Origin: Paraspadella gotoi
Lineage: Eukaryota > Animalia > Chaetognatha
Assembly: GCA_051294375.1 (NCBI GenBank)
Contig: CM119266.1
Location: forward strand, 6,031,431-6,095,334
Direction of reading: 5' to 3'
DNA: 63,904 nt
This document shows, one piece after another, positions 22,101-34,603 of this stretch (its first letter is position 1; every line of letters starts with the position of its first letter). The position numbers and the translations under genes are program-made. Below the pieces are notes generated by a model. The model was not told where the DNA came from and ran no database searches. It was given only the letters and a program-made list of their open reading frames with translations.

Positions 22101-25090
22101 TTTCAAAAACAGTTTTTCTAAGATTTTTTTACAGATTTGATTCGTCATAAAAGTTGATAAAAGAAATATAACTCATTTTGAAAAATTCCTTCATTAAGTG
22201 TGGTCAAAATTAAAAAAAGCTATATTTTAAGCTGAAAATTAACTTTATATATTAAATATAGTTTTTTTTAATTTTTAACCCATTTAATGAAAGAATTTTT
22301 AAAAATGATTTATATTTTCTTATATCAACTTTTGACGAGGAATTCAAATCTGCAATCAAAAATTAAGAAAAGCTTATTTTGAAATTTTTCGATTTTATAA
22401 GGATAGTACTATATATAAATATAGCCCCACTGCGAAAATTAAAAAACATAAAATTAAATTTTTTTTACAAATTAATGTTCACTGATGGTATGTTGTTCAT
22501 AATTGACTTTTAGAATTTTCGTATGTAACTTTCACTACGCCTTAATACATACTTTTTAAACAATTTTAATAACATTTTGAATTTTCTAAATAGACTTGTG
22601 CGACCGAGTATACATTGAGTGGCTAATGACTTTTGTGCAACACTTGGTAACCGAGGGGCCTCCTTGTCTATATTTTTTTTATTAAAAGTCGAACTCTAAA
22701 CATTACATATTAAATGATTATCTCACGTTTACCTCCGTGATTATCGTTTTCGTTTCGACAATTTTTTCTTTGATCGTAATTTGAATATCAGTGGCCGCCG
22801 TTTCGATAATTTCTTTACCCTCTTCCTTCTGTCATTTTGTTGTTTGTTTTTATTTTGATTTGTTAGTCGTTTTGTTTTGGTTTCGTTTTGGTTTGGTTTT
22901 TGTTTTGGTTTGGTTTTGGGTATGTTTTGGTTTCGTTTTGGTTTCGTTTTTGTTTTGTTTTGATTTTGTTTTGGTTATGTTTAGTTTTGTTTTTGTTTCG
23001 TTTTTGTTTTGTTTTGGTTTTGTTTTTTTTAAATTTTAGTGCATAGTTAAACAAATAAGTAGAAAAGAGCAAAGATAGGAAAAGAAAAGAGAAAAGAAAA
23101 AGTGACGTTTTAGAAATAATTAAAAGGTCACGTGACTTTTTGTTTTTAATGAGATGAAACGCTTACATACTTGGGCAAAGGTATGTCAATATGCAAATTT
23201 CATCTTTACAGAGAGTGAGAGTGTAGAGAGAGAGAGAGAGAGAGAGAAAAGAGAGAGAGAGAGAGTCGTTATGAATGAAAAAAGAGAGGGACAGAGAGAC
23301 CTACTGTTGCGTCGGGGCAAAAAGGAGACTTAACCAAAGTCATAAACATCAAAACTAAAAAACAAGGAAAACCATTTTTGAGTTGAGGACGAAAAAAAAA
23401 TCGTCGGCTCCAAGTTCACATTTCAACTTTCACAAAGACGAGGAACTCTGGTTTTCACTGCGACAAAAAACGAGAGAATGGGCCTTATTTTCCTAGAATG
23501 CCTCGTTTCATCTTAAAGTTTTTTTTTAGGTTTAACAATTAGGTTAAATGTAAGGGGTTTGGAATAGGTTAAGGATTAGAGATAGGGTTAGTTATTAAGG
23601 TTTAAGGTTAAGAATTAAAGTTAGGGCTAAATATTACGGTTAAACTTAAGTTTAGGGACTTATGAAGAGAAATGGGGGGGCTTTTCGAAAAGAGAGCCAA
23701 CGAAGGCCCCGTTTCTCTTTAATTTTCCCCATTGTTTTCTTTTTTTTTTAATTTCTTTTGGATCGTGTTTCTTTCTTTTTTTTATTAATGTCTTTCTCCT
23801 TTTTGATTTTACATAGTTTTCTATTTATATATTTATATATTGCTCGCTCATTTTTATTTTTCCCTCCAACCAAAAAAATGGAGAATTTACTTTATAGTTT
23901 ATATCAATAATCCGCCGGAAATTTATAACAATTAAGTTCACCACCCAACTTTTTTTTTATTTAACTCGATGTTTCCGAAATTAGTTTTCACCTTTTCACC
24001 TCTAGAAAAGGTTTTGGGTTGACAACCGACGTGACGAGCGGAAAAAAATATTGTGAAAAATGATAATAAAACCGAAAAGTATGATGCATCGCTAAAGAAA
24101 ATATATTATGAATAACGAGAATGAAATGAGGAATAGTTAACAATGATAGAAGGAAAGGGAAACTAGGATTTAAAAAAAATTAAACTGAGCATTTTTTAGA
24201 AAAAAAAAGAAATTGTCGTGTGTATGAGATACGAAATTATTCAGTAAATGAGAGTAAATTCCAATAGTATTTGTAAATATGACAATTTCTTTTCAAAATA
24301 AACAAATATGTTTTGACTTACCAATTCATTAGCGGCGTTTTCTGCCTCACCCACCACGTTCGTTTCAGTATCGGCTGGAAAACAAAAGAGCATAATTTTA
24401 TTTCTATCGTTAATTATTTATTTTTATTTTTTTTAAACTATTCCATTTAACCTCTGATATCGATTAAAGTAATTATTTTTGTTATTGATTATTGATTTCC
24501 CGTTTTCAAAAAAAAATGTATTTAACCTCTGGTATCTTTAAAAGAAATTTAATTTTTAATTTGTATTAATAAATAACTTTTTTCAAAAAGTTTCAAACTT
24601 TCTGACCTCGTGCTAATACTCTTTTAAATTTCCCTTTTTTATATGTTTTCCATTGAACTAATGGATAATTTTTTCCCTCTATTTACATTCTATTCTTTTC
24701 TTCGATATTCCCTTAAAAAGTCTTAATCAAATTTCTTTCTTTAAACATTCGTCCCATTAAAACTCACGGATCCAAACTTCGTTCACTGAATTCACGAAAA
24801 AACAAGTCACCGTCGTCCTCACATCTTTTCACACTCGTTTTTTCCAGATGTGAGAAATAAAGTCAACTACGTTTTTTTTTATCATCACCGAAAAACTCAA
24901 ATTCCGTGAATTCGATGAAAGATTCACACGCAACGAATCCTTCCAAGTTCACGCCGAAAAAAAAAACAACAAGAATTTCACAAAATGAATATTTTCCAGT
25001 CTCACCCGGTGAGATCGATTTTAACCCACCCACCTCTCAAACCCCCCCTCACCCAAAATTCACCCATCATTCACGTTCACACTCACCCAT
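18479..25090 (-). CDS. Five-exon small acidic Ala/Glu/Lys-rich protein (121 aa) with C-terminal basic + Cys-CaaX membrane anchor
   Basis: Exons (- strand) 25090-25087 (aaaaATGG|gtgagt), 24374-24322, 20782-20654, 19263-19158, 18552-18479. All introns are GT-AG with phases 1,0,0,1; total 366 nt. Translation: MADTETNVVGEAENAANELASSAGDAVTGVTQKAEETLQEGVEAGKEKVEEVKEQVAEKIEEVKEAVTEKAEGAAADAAEAVEGAADDAAKKAEDAAGEVGIAAAESKEEAKKKLQCCSIL*. Confidence 0.82.
20575..20650. repeat. C-rich 18-bp minisatellite (ccccaacaccccctctac)n, intronic
   Basis: About four tandem copies next to the exon 3 donor of the CaaX gene. Confidence 0.8.
20810..21260. repeat. G-rich degenerate minisatellite (about 45-50 bp unit containing gtgtgggtaaagagtgagggaaatggtgtgg), intronic
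   Basis: Repeated ggtaaagagtgagggaaatgg cores with G-runs. Confidence 0.8.
21933..22544. mobile_element. Foldback/MITE-like element with long (about 290 bp) imperfect inverted arms, intronic
   Basis: Ends taaggccgtagtaaaa / tttcactacgcctta. Internal pairs cagatttga...aaaagttgata / tatcaacttttg...tcaaatctg, and aattaaaaaaagctatattt / aaatatagtttttttta. Confidence 0.7.
23481..23698. mobile_element. MITE-like element, same family (degenerate TTAGGG interior)
   Basis: Left end ggccttattttcctagaatgcctcgtttc; right end gaaatgggggggcttttcgaaaagagagcc (imperfect TIR). Interior of ttagg/gggtta-like units. Confidence 0.6.
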
Positions 25091-27039
25091 TTTTCGGTTT
25101 ATTTTTCACGCGTGAACTTTTTTCCTTTTTCTCCTTTTTCTTCACGTCCTTTTTTTTTTTCCTTTTCACGGCGGAAAAAAAAGAAAAAAAAATAATCCGA
25201 GGGGAAAAAATCGAGATTCAGGTTTTGTGTCTTTTTTTCTTTTTTTATTTATTTCTCTTCTGATTTTTTTTTCTTCTTCCTTTTATGTCGTTTATCTCCT
25301 TCTTCGTTTCTTCTTCTTCCCCCGAGTTTCTCCGGTCGCCTTTTTTCTTTCTCTCTCTCTCTCTCTAGTTTTCTTTTTTTTTCAGAAATAAGTCGTCGAC
25401 GACGAAAAAAAGTTTGGGCGCAGATCGAATGTTTCTGATTCCCTTTTGCTTTCAGAATGATTGTAAGGGAAAGTTTAAATTGCAATTCGATTGTTGATAT
25501 CTGCGTTCGGAAGGTTTTGTCCAGATAATTTCTTTAGGCCAGATTTGGGTCTTTTGACTTTTGAGCGTTCACCATTGGTTTAGGCGAGTGACAATAATCC
25601 TGACGACGGAATCGACCCGCGATGCTGTGCATACCCTCTGCCAATTTTTAAATTTGGGTAAGCATTAGTCACGTTTTGTCATCCTTTGTCTAATCCTCCA
25701 TGTTTCCTTGCACCCCTTGTCTGGCTCTTGTTATCTTCTTTGTCATCCTTTAATATTTTTGTTCTTCCCTTTTCCGCCCTTCTTTCCCTCTTTTGTCATC
25801 GGTCATGCCCCTTTTACCCTTGTCATCCTCAATTCCCTTTGCACCTCTCTTGTCTTGCCCTTTTATCTCCTTTGTCATCCTTTAATTCTTTTGCTCCTAG
25901 CTAGGTCAGCTGTCATTAATCCTGCGCTTGTCAACCTCCATGTCGCCTTTTGTGGCCCTTGTCATCCTTCAATCCCCCTTCAGCCCGGGAAGAGCCTTCT
26001 GTCCTCCCTCATTATGTCCTTTGTCTATCCTGTTAATTCTGTTTGCCCCCCTAAGTCTGGCTCTGCATTAACCCGCTTTTGGTCTTCTCCCTGAAATTAC
26101 GAGGGCCGCCGATGTGTAACCGGCGTCAAATTAACATCCTTCCTGATTCCCGCTGCCGTACACCCCCTGTTGCGCCTCTCATCAACTCCTTTGCGCCTCT
26201 CATCAACGCCTTTGCCCCCTTTGTCTGCCCTCTCGGCCGCCCCAAGCCAGTTCATGACTTCCCTTTTTCTGCTCTCTGGTTCTCCCCCCCCGATTCTGCG
26301 CCTCTATACCGCGGTCCGGCCTGTTTTCCCATCGGCGACGAGGAGAGAGGTTTAGAGGATGAAGAGGAGAGAGGAGAGGAGAGGAGAGGAACTAACATTT
26401 TCTATTTTTTTTAATTCGATTACGAATTTTGTTTTTTTCCGTTGGTGTTCAGTTGCCGCCGGCCGCCGCCGCGCGAGCGGCCGCAGCCCGCCGCTGTCGA
26501 CGACGACGACGAACGGACGACGACACGACGACGCGACGAGCGACGACGACGCAAGTGATTTTCAACGCGAGGCCGCCCAGCGTGGAATTTTTANNNNNNN
26601 NNNNNNNNNNNNNNNNNNATTTAAAAAATTAAGAACTATAGTTAGATATAAATTGTTAGTTTAGATAAAATTCGTCCGATTAAACAACAGAGAAAAATTA
26701 TTGTTCAAGGGTTTGGCCGATTTTCGGGCTGGGCCACGATTTCAAGCCAAAAGGGGAGAAGCCTCGGGGTGTGGTTTCGGGGTGGTTAAAATGTGGTTAA
26801 CTGGTGGTTAATGGGTGGTTAAATGGTGGTTACATTTTGATAATTTTAATATTGGTCGTACCAATTTCACATGGTGGTAGAATTAGAAGGTTAATCATAA
26901 TATTACCAATTTCATTATTAATTATAAGGTTAATTAATTATAACTTTCTCTCACAATATTATTTTCTTATTGTCATCGTCCCGTTGTCCTTGTCAGTTTT
27001 CAACGTCCGTTGTCCTTATCCGTTGTCCTTTTTTTTTAT

Positions 27040-29547
27040 TTTGGTGGAACAAGAGAGGAAATGGAATAGTTCATGGTGAAAAAGAAAATCGTTAGGGCGG
27101 GAAGGGAGAGGAGGAACGAGAGGCGGAGGGAGCAGTAGGGACGAAAGAGGGAGAAGGGAGGGGAGAGGGAGCAAGAGAGAGAGGAAGAGATGGCGGGAGA
27201 GAGGTTGAGACGAGAGCAAGCAAGAGAGGACGAGGGAGAGTAAGAGGAAGAGACGAGGGGAGAGGGCAGGAGGATCGAGAAGAGGGAGAGAAGAGTGGAG
27301 GGAAGAAAAGGAGAATTAGGATTTGAGAGAACGAGAGAGGGTGAGGAGACGACGAGGGAGAGGAGGAGGGAGAGTAGAAGAGTGGAGAGGAGAGTGAGGA
27401 GGGCGTGAAGTAGGCGAGATAAGCATGGAGCCGGAAACAATGAGGCGAAGATGCTGGAGGAGACGAGCAGAGGTGGAATACCGAGAAGAACGAGGCGGAT
27501 GCAGGAGAAGCGGGAGGGAAGGAAAGGTAAGGCCGGAAGACACGAGGAGAGAAGAGAGGCGCGACAGAGGAAGCAAAGAAAGAGGGAGAGGTTGGAAGAA
27601 GGGAGGGAAAGAGTGAGGGAGGGGGAAAGGAAGATTAAAGGGGAGGAGAAAGGGGGAGAGGACAATCGAGAAGAGGGAGGGAGAGAGGGAGAGAGGAGGA
27701 AGGAAGAGAGGAGGAGATAATGGAAAGAGAGGCGAGGGAAAAGGCTTTGACGCACAGGAGACCGTGAGGCAGCGTATGGTGGAAGAAGGAATGAGGCAAA
27801 AAGATAGTGATATGTAGAGCGGTCAGACAGAAGTGAGTGACGGAAGACAGGTATGATGATTGATATAGTAGAGGGTGATACGTGAGGATAAACTTAATCA
27901 GGCGGGCAGGCAGAGGGGCGGAGACATATAGAGGCAGGCGAGGAGAAGAGAAAGAGAAGAAAGTGAATGAAGAAGGCAGGCTAGGAGCAGATGGGGAGGA
28001 GAATGGAGTGGCGGCCAGGAAGAATGAGTTACGCGCATGCAATGAAGACACGCCTACGCTCTGTCCAATTAGAGCGTCGTCTGTCGTGCTTGACGTCGTT
28101 CTCGCTCGTCTTTCCGGTCGTCGTTTTTGGATCGACGTCGCTCGCTGTTTGATCTTATCATGGTCGTCGTTATTTTATACTTGCTTTCTTGCTGTTTTTA
28201 ATCTCGGATTATGTTTGAGGATAAAAAATCTACATAAATTCGATGTTCACTACGTACGACCATGCGGCCTGTACAATTATAATACAGGAGAGAGAGAGAG
28301 AAAAGAGGAGAAGAAAAGAGAGGAGAGAGTAGAGAGAGAGACGAGAGAGAGAAGAGAGAGNNNNNNNNNNNNNNNNNNNNNNNNNAGTTTGAAAAAGCTA
28401 TTTCCTGGATACATATACTTTTTTTTGCTATACAATTTTTGTTCGTCTCTAAACAGAACTTTGAAGACGCACAAAATGCGAATACGGTCGGGCGGTCCTC
28501 GGACGATCGGACGACGACGACAACAATTTTCATCGTTTTGAAAGAGCTTCGGATTGTGAGCGCAAAGAATCTTAGTGCGCCACTATAGACAGAACAATTA
28601 TCGACCGATCGGCGAAAACTTATATAATATCAGCGGAATTACGTTGTTTTTTTTTTTTTTGGTGAGAACAAGAAATAATTGGAATAGTTCATGATGAAAA
28701 AGAAAATCGTTAGGCGGAGGGAGAAGGACGAGAGGCGGAGAGTAGGGACGAAGAGGTTAAAGGAGGGGAGGGGCAGAGAGTAGTATGGGATGGAGAGAGG
28801 TTGAGACGAGAGAAGCAAGAGAGGAGAGAGGGAGAAGAGAGGAAAGACGAGGGGAGAGGGAGGAGGACGAGAGAGAGAGTAAGAGGAGAGGGAGAAGGAG
28901 ATTAGGAGAGAGAACGAAGAGAGGGAGGAGAAGAGAAGAAGAGAGGGAATAGGAGAGAGGGTAGAGATGAGAGATGCGAGAGAGAGGAACGAGAGGATAG
29001 AATAGAGGTAGGATGGAGAGTAGGAGGAAGATGGAGTTGGAAAGTGAATGAGAAGTGTGAGATATGATGGATAAAATAAAAGACTGTGATATAGAGAGAG
29101 GGAGAGAATTGAGGAGGATAGTGGGCGGAGGAAGGAATAGGTTGATGTGGATGCGAGGTCTAGACGCTGTGAACTAAGAGAAAGAAAAGAAAAGAGGTGT
29201 CAGGAAGTGATTAACGGAGAAAAGTGACAAATTACGGAAGTGAATGACGTGAGAAGATAATCCTTAAATATCAATAGTACCGATAAAGTATAGGTGGATC
29301 GAGTGATTTTAGGAAAGGAGATATAATAATAAGAATATGAATATTGCGCAGCATAATATTTTCATTTCCGCTTTCTCGATCCGCTTTTCTCGGTTCCGCT
29401 TCTCGGTCCGCTTTCTCGCTTTACGTTTATCGATCATTATTTTTCTCTCAATCTTATTTCAAAACAAAAAAAAAAAAAAACCCGACCCGAGTCGTAATCC
29501 TGAAAATCGCCGGATTATTAAATCTGCTTTTCTCTCTCTTTCTTCTC

Positions 29548-29586
<39 letters not shown>

Positions 29587-31070
29587 CTCTCCCTCTCCTC
29601 TGTCCTCCGTACTACTGCACGCCCGCCACCCAGCGTCGGAGAGTGGCAGCAGAGAGAGAGAAAGAAAGGGAAAACAAGAATCGGGTTTTGGAACGGGAGG
29701 GAAGGGCCGAGTGGGAGCGCAGGGGAGAGGAAAAGATTAAGGGCGGGGACCGAGAGAGGAAGCGGGAGAAGAAAGGAAGAAAAGAGAGTATTGAGAAAGA
29801 AGAGAAGAAAGGAGACAACCAGAAAGATGGTTCGAGGAAGAAGAGAGGAGGAGAGAGAGAGGAAGAAGGAGGGAGAGAGAAGAGAAAAGGGGAAGACGAG
29901 AAGAAGGGAGGGATGGAGGTATGGAGAGAGAGGAAGGAGAATGGAGGAGAGAGGGGAGGAGAAGAAGGAGGATGATTGAAAGAGGGGGCGAGAAGAGAGA
30001 GAGATGGGCGGGAGACGATATAGCAGAGGGAGGAGAAGAGAAAAGAGAATGATAAAAGTGAATAAGAAGGAGGAAGAGAGGGGAGGAGAATGGAAGTGGC
30101 GGCCAGGTAAGATAATGAGTTACCCATCAATTAAGACGCCTACCTTCTCAATTTAGACGTCGTCGTCTTCGTCTGGTCGTCGTTATTTTCTCGTCGTCAT
30201 TTCGGTCGTCGTTTTTCGTCGATCGTCGTCGGTTATCTTATCATTGTCGTCGTGTAGTTTTAACTCTTTCTGTGTTTTAAATCTCGGATTATTTGTGAGA
30301 TGATAAAAATCTACATCAATGTGATTTTAGACCTTCCATCGCTGACATTAAAATACTCGGATGAGAAAGACGAGAGTAGAAAGAGGAGAGGCAGTTGGAG
30401 AAGAATAAGAGCGAAGCCGAGAGAAGATGAGAGAGTGAGACGCACATAGAGAGGAGAGACAGAGCAGGCGAGAGATGAGCGACGATGAGAGATGAGACGA
30501 ATGAGAATGGAAAGAGACTGAGAGACAGTGAAGCGCGGAGCCTAACACTCACCCTGTACGTGCAAAGCCGCGTTTTTCGTCGTCGATGTCGTGCAGAGAG
30601 AGAAAGACGGTACGAAGTCCACTCAAGTAAATTCCGTCGCCTATAGGATTTATGCATACTCTGCATTATTTTCTTTGTAAATTAATTTAATTTTTAGGAT
30701 TTTTTTTTGTTGCCAAGATACATGCGGATATTTGTTTTTTTTTTGCTCCTGAATGGGAAAATCGTAAAACGGATTTTCCGAATTTTGGAAAAGAACAACT
30801 GAATGGACCGACGACAAACAACGACGACGACAAACAGACAAGGACAACACAGCAAAAACTAATTCGCTGATTTTATAAGTTTTCGGCGATAATTGTTCGT
30901 TATAGGCGAACTAATTCTTTCGCTCCAACCGAACTCTTTTCAAAAGATGAAAATTGTTGTCGTCGTCGTCGTCCGACCGCGACCCTTTCCATTTTGTCGT
31001 CTTTCAAATCGTTAGAACGAAAAAAAATTGTATAAAAAAAAAAATATTATCCGGAAAAGCTTTTTTCAAA
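27040..31070. repeat. Mosaic of direct and inverted noisy duplications in purine-rich sequence around 25-N gaps
   Basis: 27040-27300 resembles 28660-28900 and 28000-28250 resembles 30088-30330 (direct). 28386-28640 is the reverse complement of about 30870-31070. Confidence 0.75.
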
Positions 31071-31524
31071 AAAAAAAAATTTGAAAGAAAGTGACGGAAT
31101 TAGTTTAAGGAGAAAAATATTTTGATACAACTTTAGAGCAAAAAAAAGAGTTAATATGTTGTGTCATGGTTTGTGTTGTTTTTAAAAATATGACTTTACC
31201 AAAAAAAGAAATCATTTAGAAAATTATCGGTTCAAAAAAAAATATATGTTTAGGCAGGAAAAAAGAACAGAAAAAAATATACCGTAGACCGTAACATAAA
31301 TACCAAAAAATAAAAATATCTAGTAAAATGATTAAAAAAATATTTTTGAAATTGAAAACCGATGAAGAGACTGACAAAAAAATGGGAGAGAGAATCTATG
31401 GTGTCTTTATGGTGCGAAACGGTTTTGGCAGCCAAATTTAATGATTCCATTTTATGGCGCAAAAAGTGAAAGAAGATGATGACGAAGATTTAAATGGAGG
31501 GTTGAAAAATGAGGATAAAATTAG

Positions 31525-31876
31525 AGGAAAGAAAAAAAGGAAAGGGGAGGAATAGAAAGGAAAGGAAAAGGAAAAGAAAGGAGAGGAAAGGAAAGGAAAT
31601 GAAAGGAAAGGAAAGGAAAGGAAACGAAAGGAAAAGAGAGGAAATGAAAGGTAATAAAAAAAGAAAAGTAAAGGAAAAGAAGGAAAGGAATGGAATAGAA
31701 AGGAAAGGAGAGGAAGGGAAAGGAAAGGAAAGGAAAGAAAGGGAAAGTAGAGAAAAGGATGGAATAGAAAGGAAAGGAAAAGAGTAAAAGGAAAGGAAAG
31801 GAAAGAAATGGAAAGAAGAGGAAAGGAAGGAAAGGAAAGGAAAAAAAGAAAAGAAAAGAAAAGAAATTAAAAGAAA
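31525..31876. repeat. (GGAAA)n-type purine tract next to an N gap
   Basis: Directly visible. Confidence 0.9.
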
Positions 31877-32403
31877 NNNNNNNNNNNNNNNNNNNNNNNN
31901 NNNNNNNNNNNNNNNNNNNNNNNNNNNNNNNNNNNNNNNNNNNNNNNNNNNNNNNNNNNNNNNNNNNNNNNNNNNNNNNNNNNNNNNNNNNNNNNNNNNN
32001 NNNNNNNNNNNNNNNNNNNNNNNNNNNNNNNNNNNNNNNNNNNNNNNNNNNNNNNNNNNNNNNNNNNNNNNNNNNNNNNNNNNNNNNNNNNNNNNNNNNN
32101 NNNNNNNNNNNNNNNNNNNNNNNNNNAGAGAGGGGGGGTTACTTTCACGCGGCGTGAAACGGAGCGCGTGGTTTCGCGCGCGAGAAGTCGACTTGGAAAA
32201 TTGTGACCGAATGAGGAAGCCGAGAAAAGTCGGCATCCGGGAATTGAGATGAGGGAAGCCGGAAGAAAAGCCGGGAGGGAGGCCGAGAATTCGGTCGGTT
32301 GCGGGAATTCCACGAATGAAATAGAAAAAAGTGACTTTAGCCTTGAAAAAATGGTCGCCTGATACGAAAAGCCGATCTCTCTCTCTCTCGTCTCTCTCTC
32401 TCC

Positions 32404-32454
<51 letters not shown>

Positions 32455-32597
32455 TCTCTACTCTCTCTCTCACTCTCCCCCACAACAATTTACACATTCA
32501 AAACCCCAATCACTCAGTTCCGCCTCAATACCCCGACTTGACGAGTCTCTGCAGACGGAGCATCGGCATCACAGTTACCTCTCTCTCTTCTCTCTCA

Positions 32598-32644
<47 letters not shown>

Positions 32645-32941
32645 TCTCGTCTCTCTCTGCTATTCCCTTATGCATTCCGCGCTGCGCCCCTGTGAGGCAA
32701 CAGGTGGCTGAAGCGTCGATGAAATCCGTTCGCTCGGAATTTTCCGCTTCCTAAACCGACGATTTCCAGTCCGTGAGATTCCATGTCAATTTATAGACCC
32801 GAAATCTTAACGTGGAAATTAAAAAGAAATCTTTCTCCAAAAAAAAGGTTATTATGTTCTTTATTGAATCGAATTATTTTTATTCTCCGAAATTTGAAAA
32901 TCAGTTTTCTTCATGGCAAACCCAAGTTTTTTAATTAATAA

Positions 32942-32972
<31 letters not shown>

Positions 32973-34603
32973 TATTATTATTATATTATTATTATTATTA
33001 TATATTATTATGATTATTTATTATTATTATTATTCTTATTTTGTTTTTCAATTAAATATAATTATTTAATCTATATTATCTGTTATAATTTATTTTATCT
33101 ATATAATTTTCTTAAAATGATTATTAATAATTTTTATTTAAGACCGACGACCGAAAAAAATCGCTCATTTGAACCCAGTCACGTGACTCGGTCCCGAGGC
33201 CAACGATCTCGCGATTTAATCCATTGGCAAAAATATTTTTTAAAAAAATGTTTTCCGGCTAAAAATTCCCCATTTATTCATTTATTCTCAAACGAGGCTA
33301 ATCGTGATAAATAGACGAAAGGGAGAAAAAAACTGTTGCGCGGACAGATATTTGTCGAATGTGCAATAAATTGATCGTTTAAAAACTAAGCTACTAGTTC
33401 ATCGTTTTATAACAATTTCACGTCTGTGGGGATTGTTAAAAAAAATGGGGCTTTAGCTTTAGTACGTTAAAAATTATTTAGATTGTTAAAAATGTTCTTT
33501 TTAATGAAATTGGTATAATCTATAAAAAAAATTATTCATTCAAGCAATAAAGAAGCTAACATGTACCTGTTACTGAGGTTTAAGGCAGCTATGCCTCTTA
33601 CAAGATAATCACATAGCAGGACCATGCAAGCTTTCAATCGTTGGAAAGCTTGGCTTTTCCATCAATGAAGTGATATGATATTTTTATAAACTTTTTTCAA
33701 TTGATACCCTTTATTATTAGATTGGGGAAAACTACTAAATAAATAAAAAAAAATAAAAGGAACCGACGGTTATAAAATTGAAACAAGCTAAATAGTCTGA
33801 CTGATAAAATTTCATTCATGAAAACCGTTGAACCTGGGAAGAGGACACAGAAAGAAAATGAGTCATAATGAAATAAAAATGAGTAAGAGAAAAATAACCT
33901 AATTTAACCTGGTCGGTAAAGAAAGGGTTATCAAGAACAGATGAGTTCTGGGCCAAGAAAAGAAAAAAAAGAAAAGAAAAGAAAAGAAAGAAAAAAAAGA
34001 AAAAAGAAAAGAAAAGAAAAGAAAAGAAAAGAACCCAAAAATATTGAGATTCAATCGGGACGAATTTTTCTTGAGTCGGTCCGTCTGTCCGTCTGTTTGT
34101 CGCGGGATTCTAAGTTTATCCAAAAGTGAATTTATTTTAAGAATTATAAATTTAGAAAGAAAAGATAATTTAATTTATGAAAAAATTGATAAAACATGAG
34201 GAGAGCAATTAAAAAAAGGGATAAATAGAAGAGGAGACCAAACAGAAGTGTCAAAGTAATAAATTATCTCTTCCTCAATTATTTTTTAAACTTTTAATCC
34301 ATTTATTATGAAATGATTAAATTATTTTTATTTAGCTACCTATGTCTGTTATTGACTAAATTAATATTTAAAAAAATAATTTTTTAGGGTCTAGAGCCAT
34401 TTTATAAATTATTTTTTTCATGGAAAGTTATCTCAGATTTATTTTTCAAAAAAGTTCTCAAATCATCAAATCATCACCCATTGACACATTTCAGTTTTAC
34501 TAAAAAAAAACGATTCATATTTGCTTAACCATGTGACCACCGCTTCTTGAAAAACCCTTTTCTCGAGGCCCAATCCTCCCCCTCACTCCACACTCACCCC
34601 CCC

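Noticed and set aside
27036-32711. Numerous Arg/Glu- or Leu/Ser-rich ORFs
   Set aside because: They are translations of GA/CT low-complexity DNA and N gaps.
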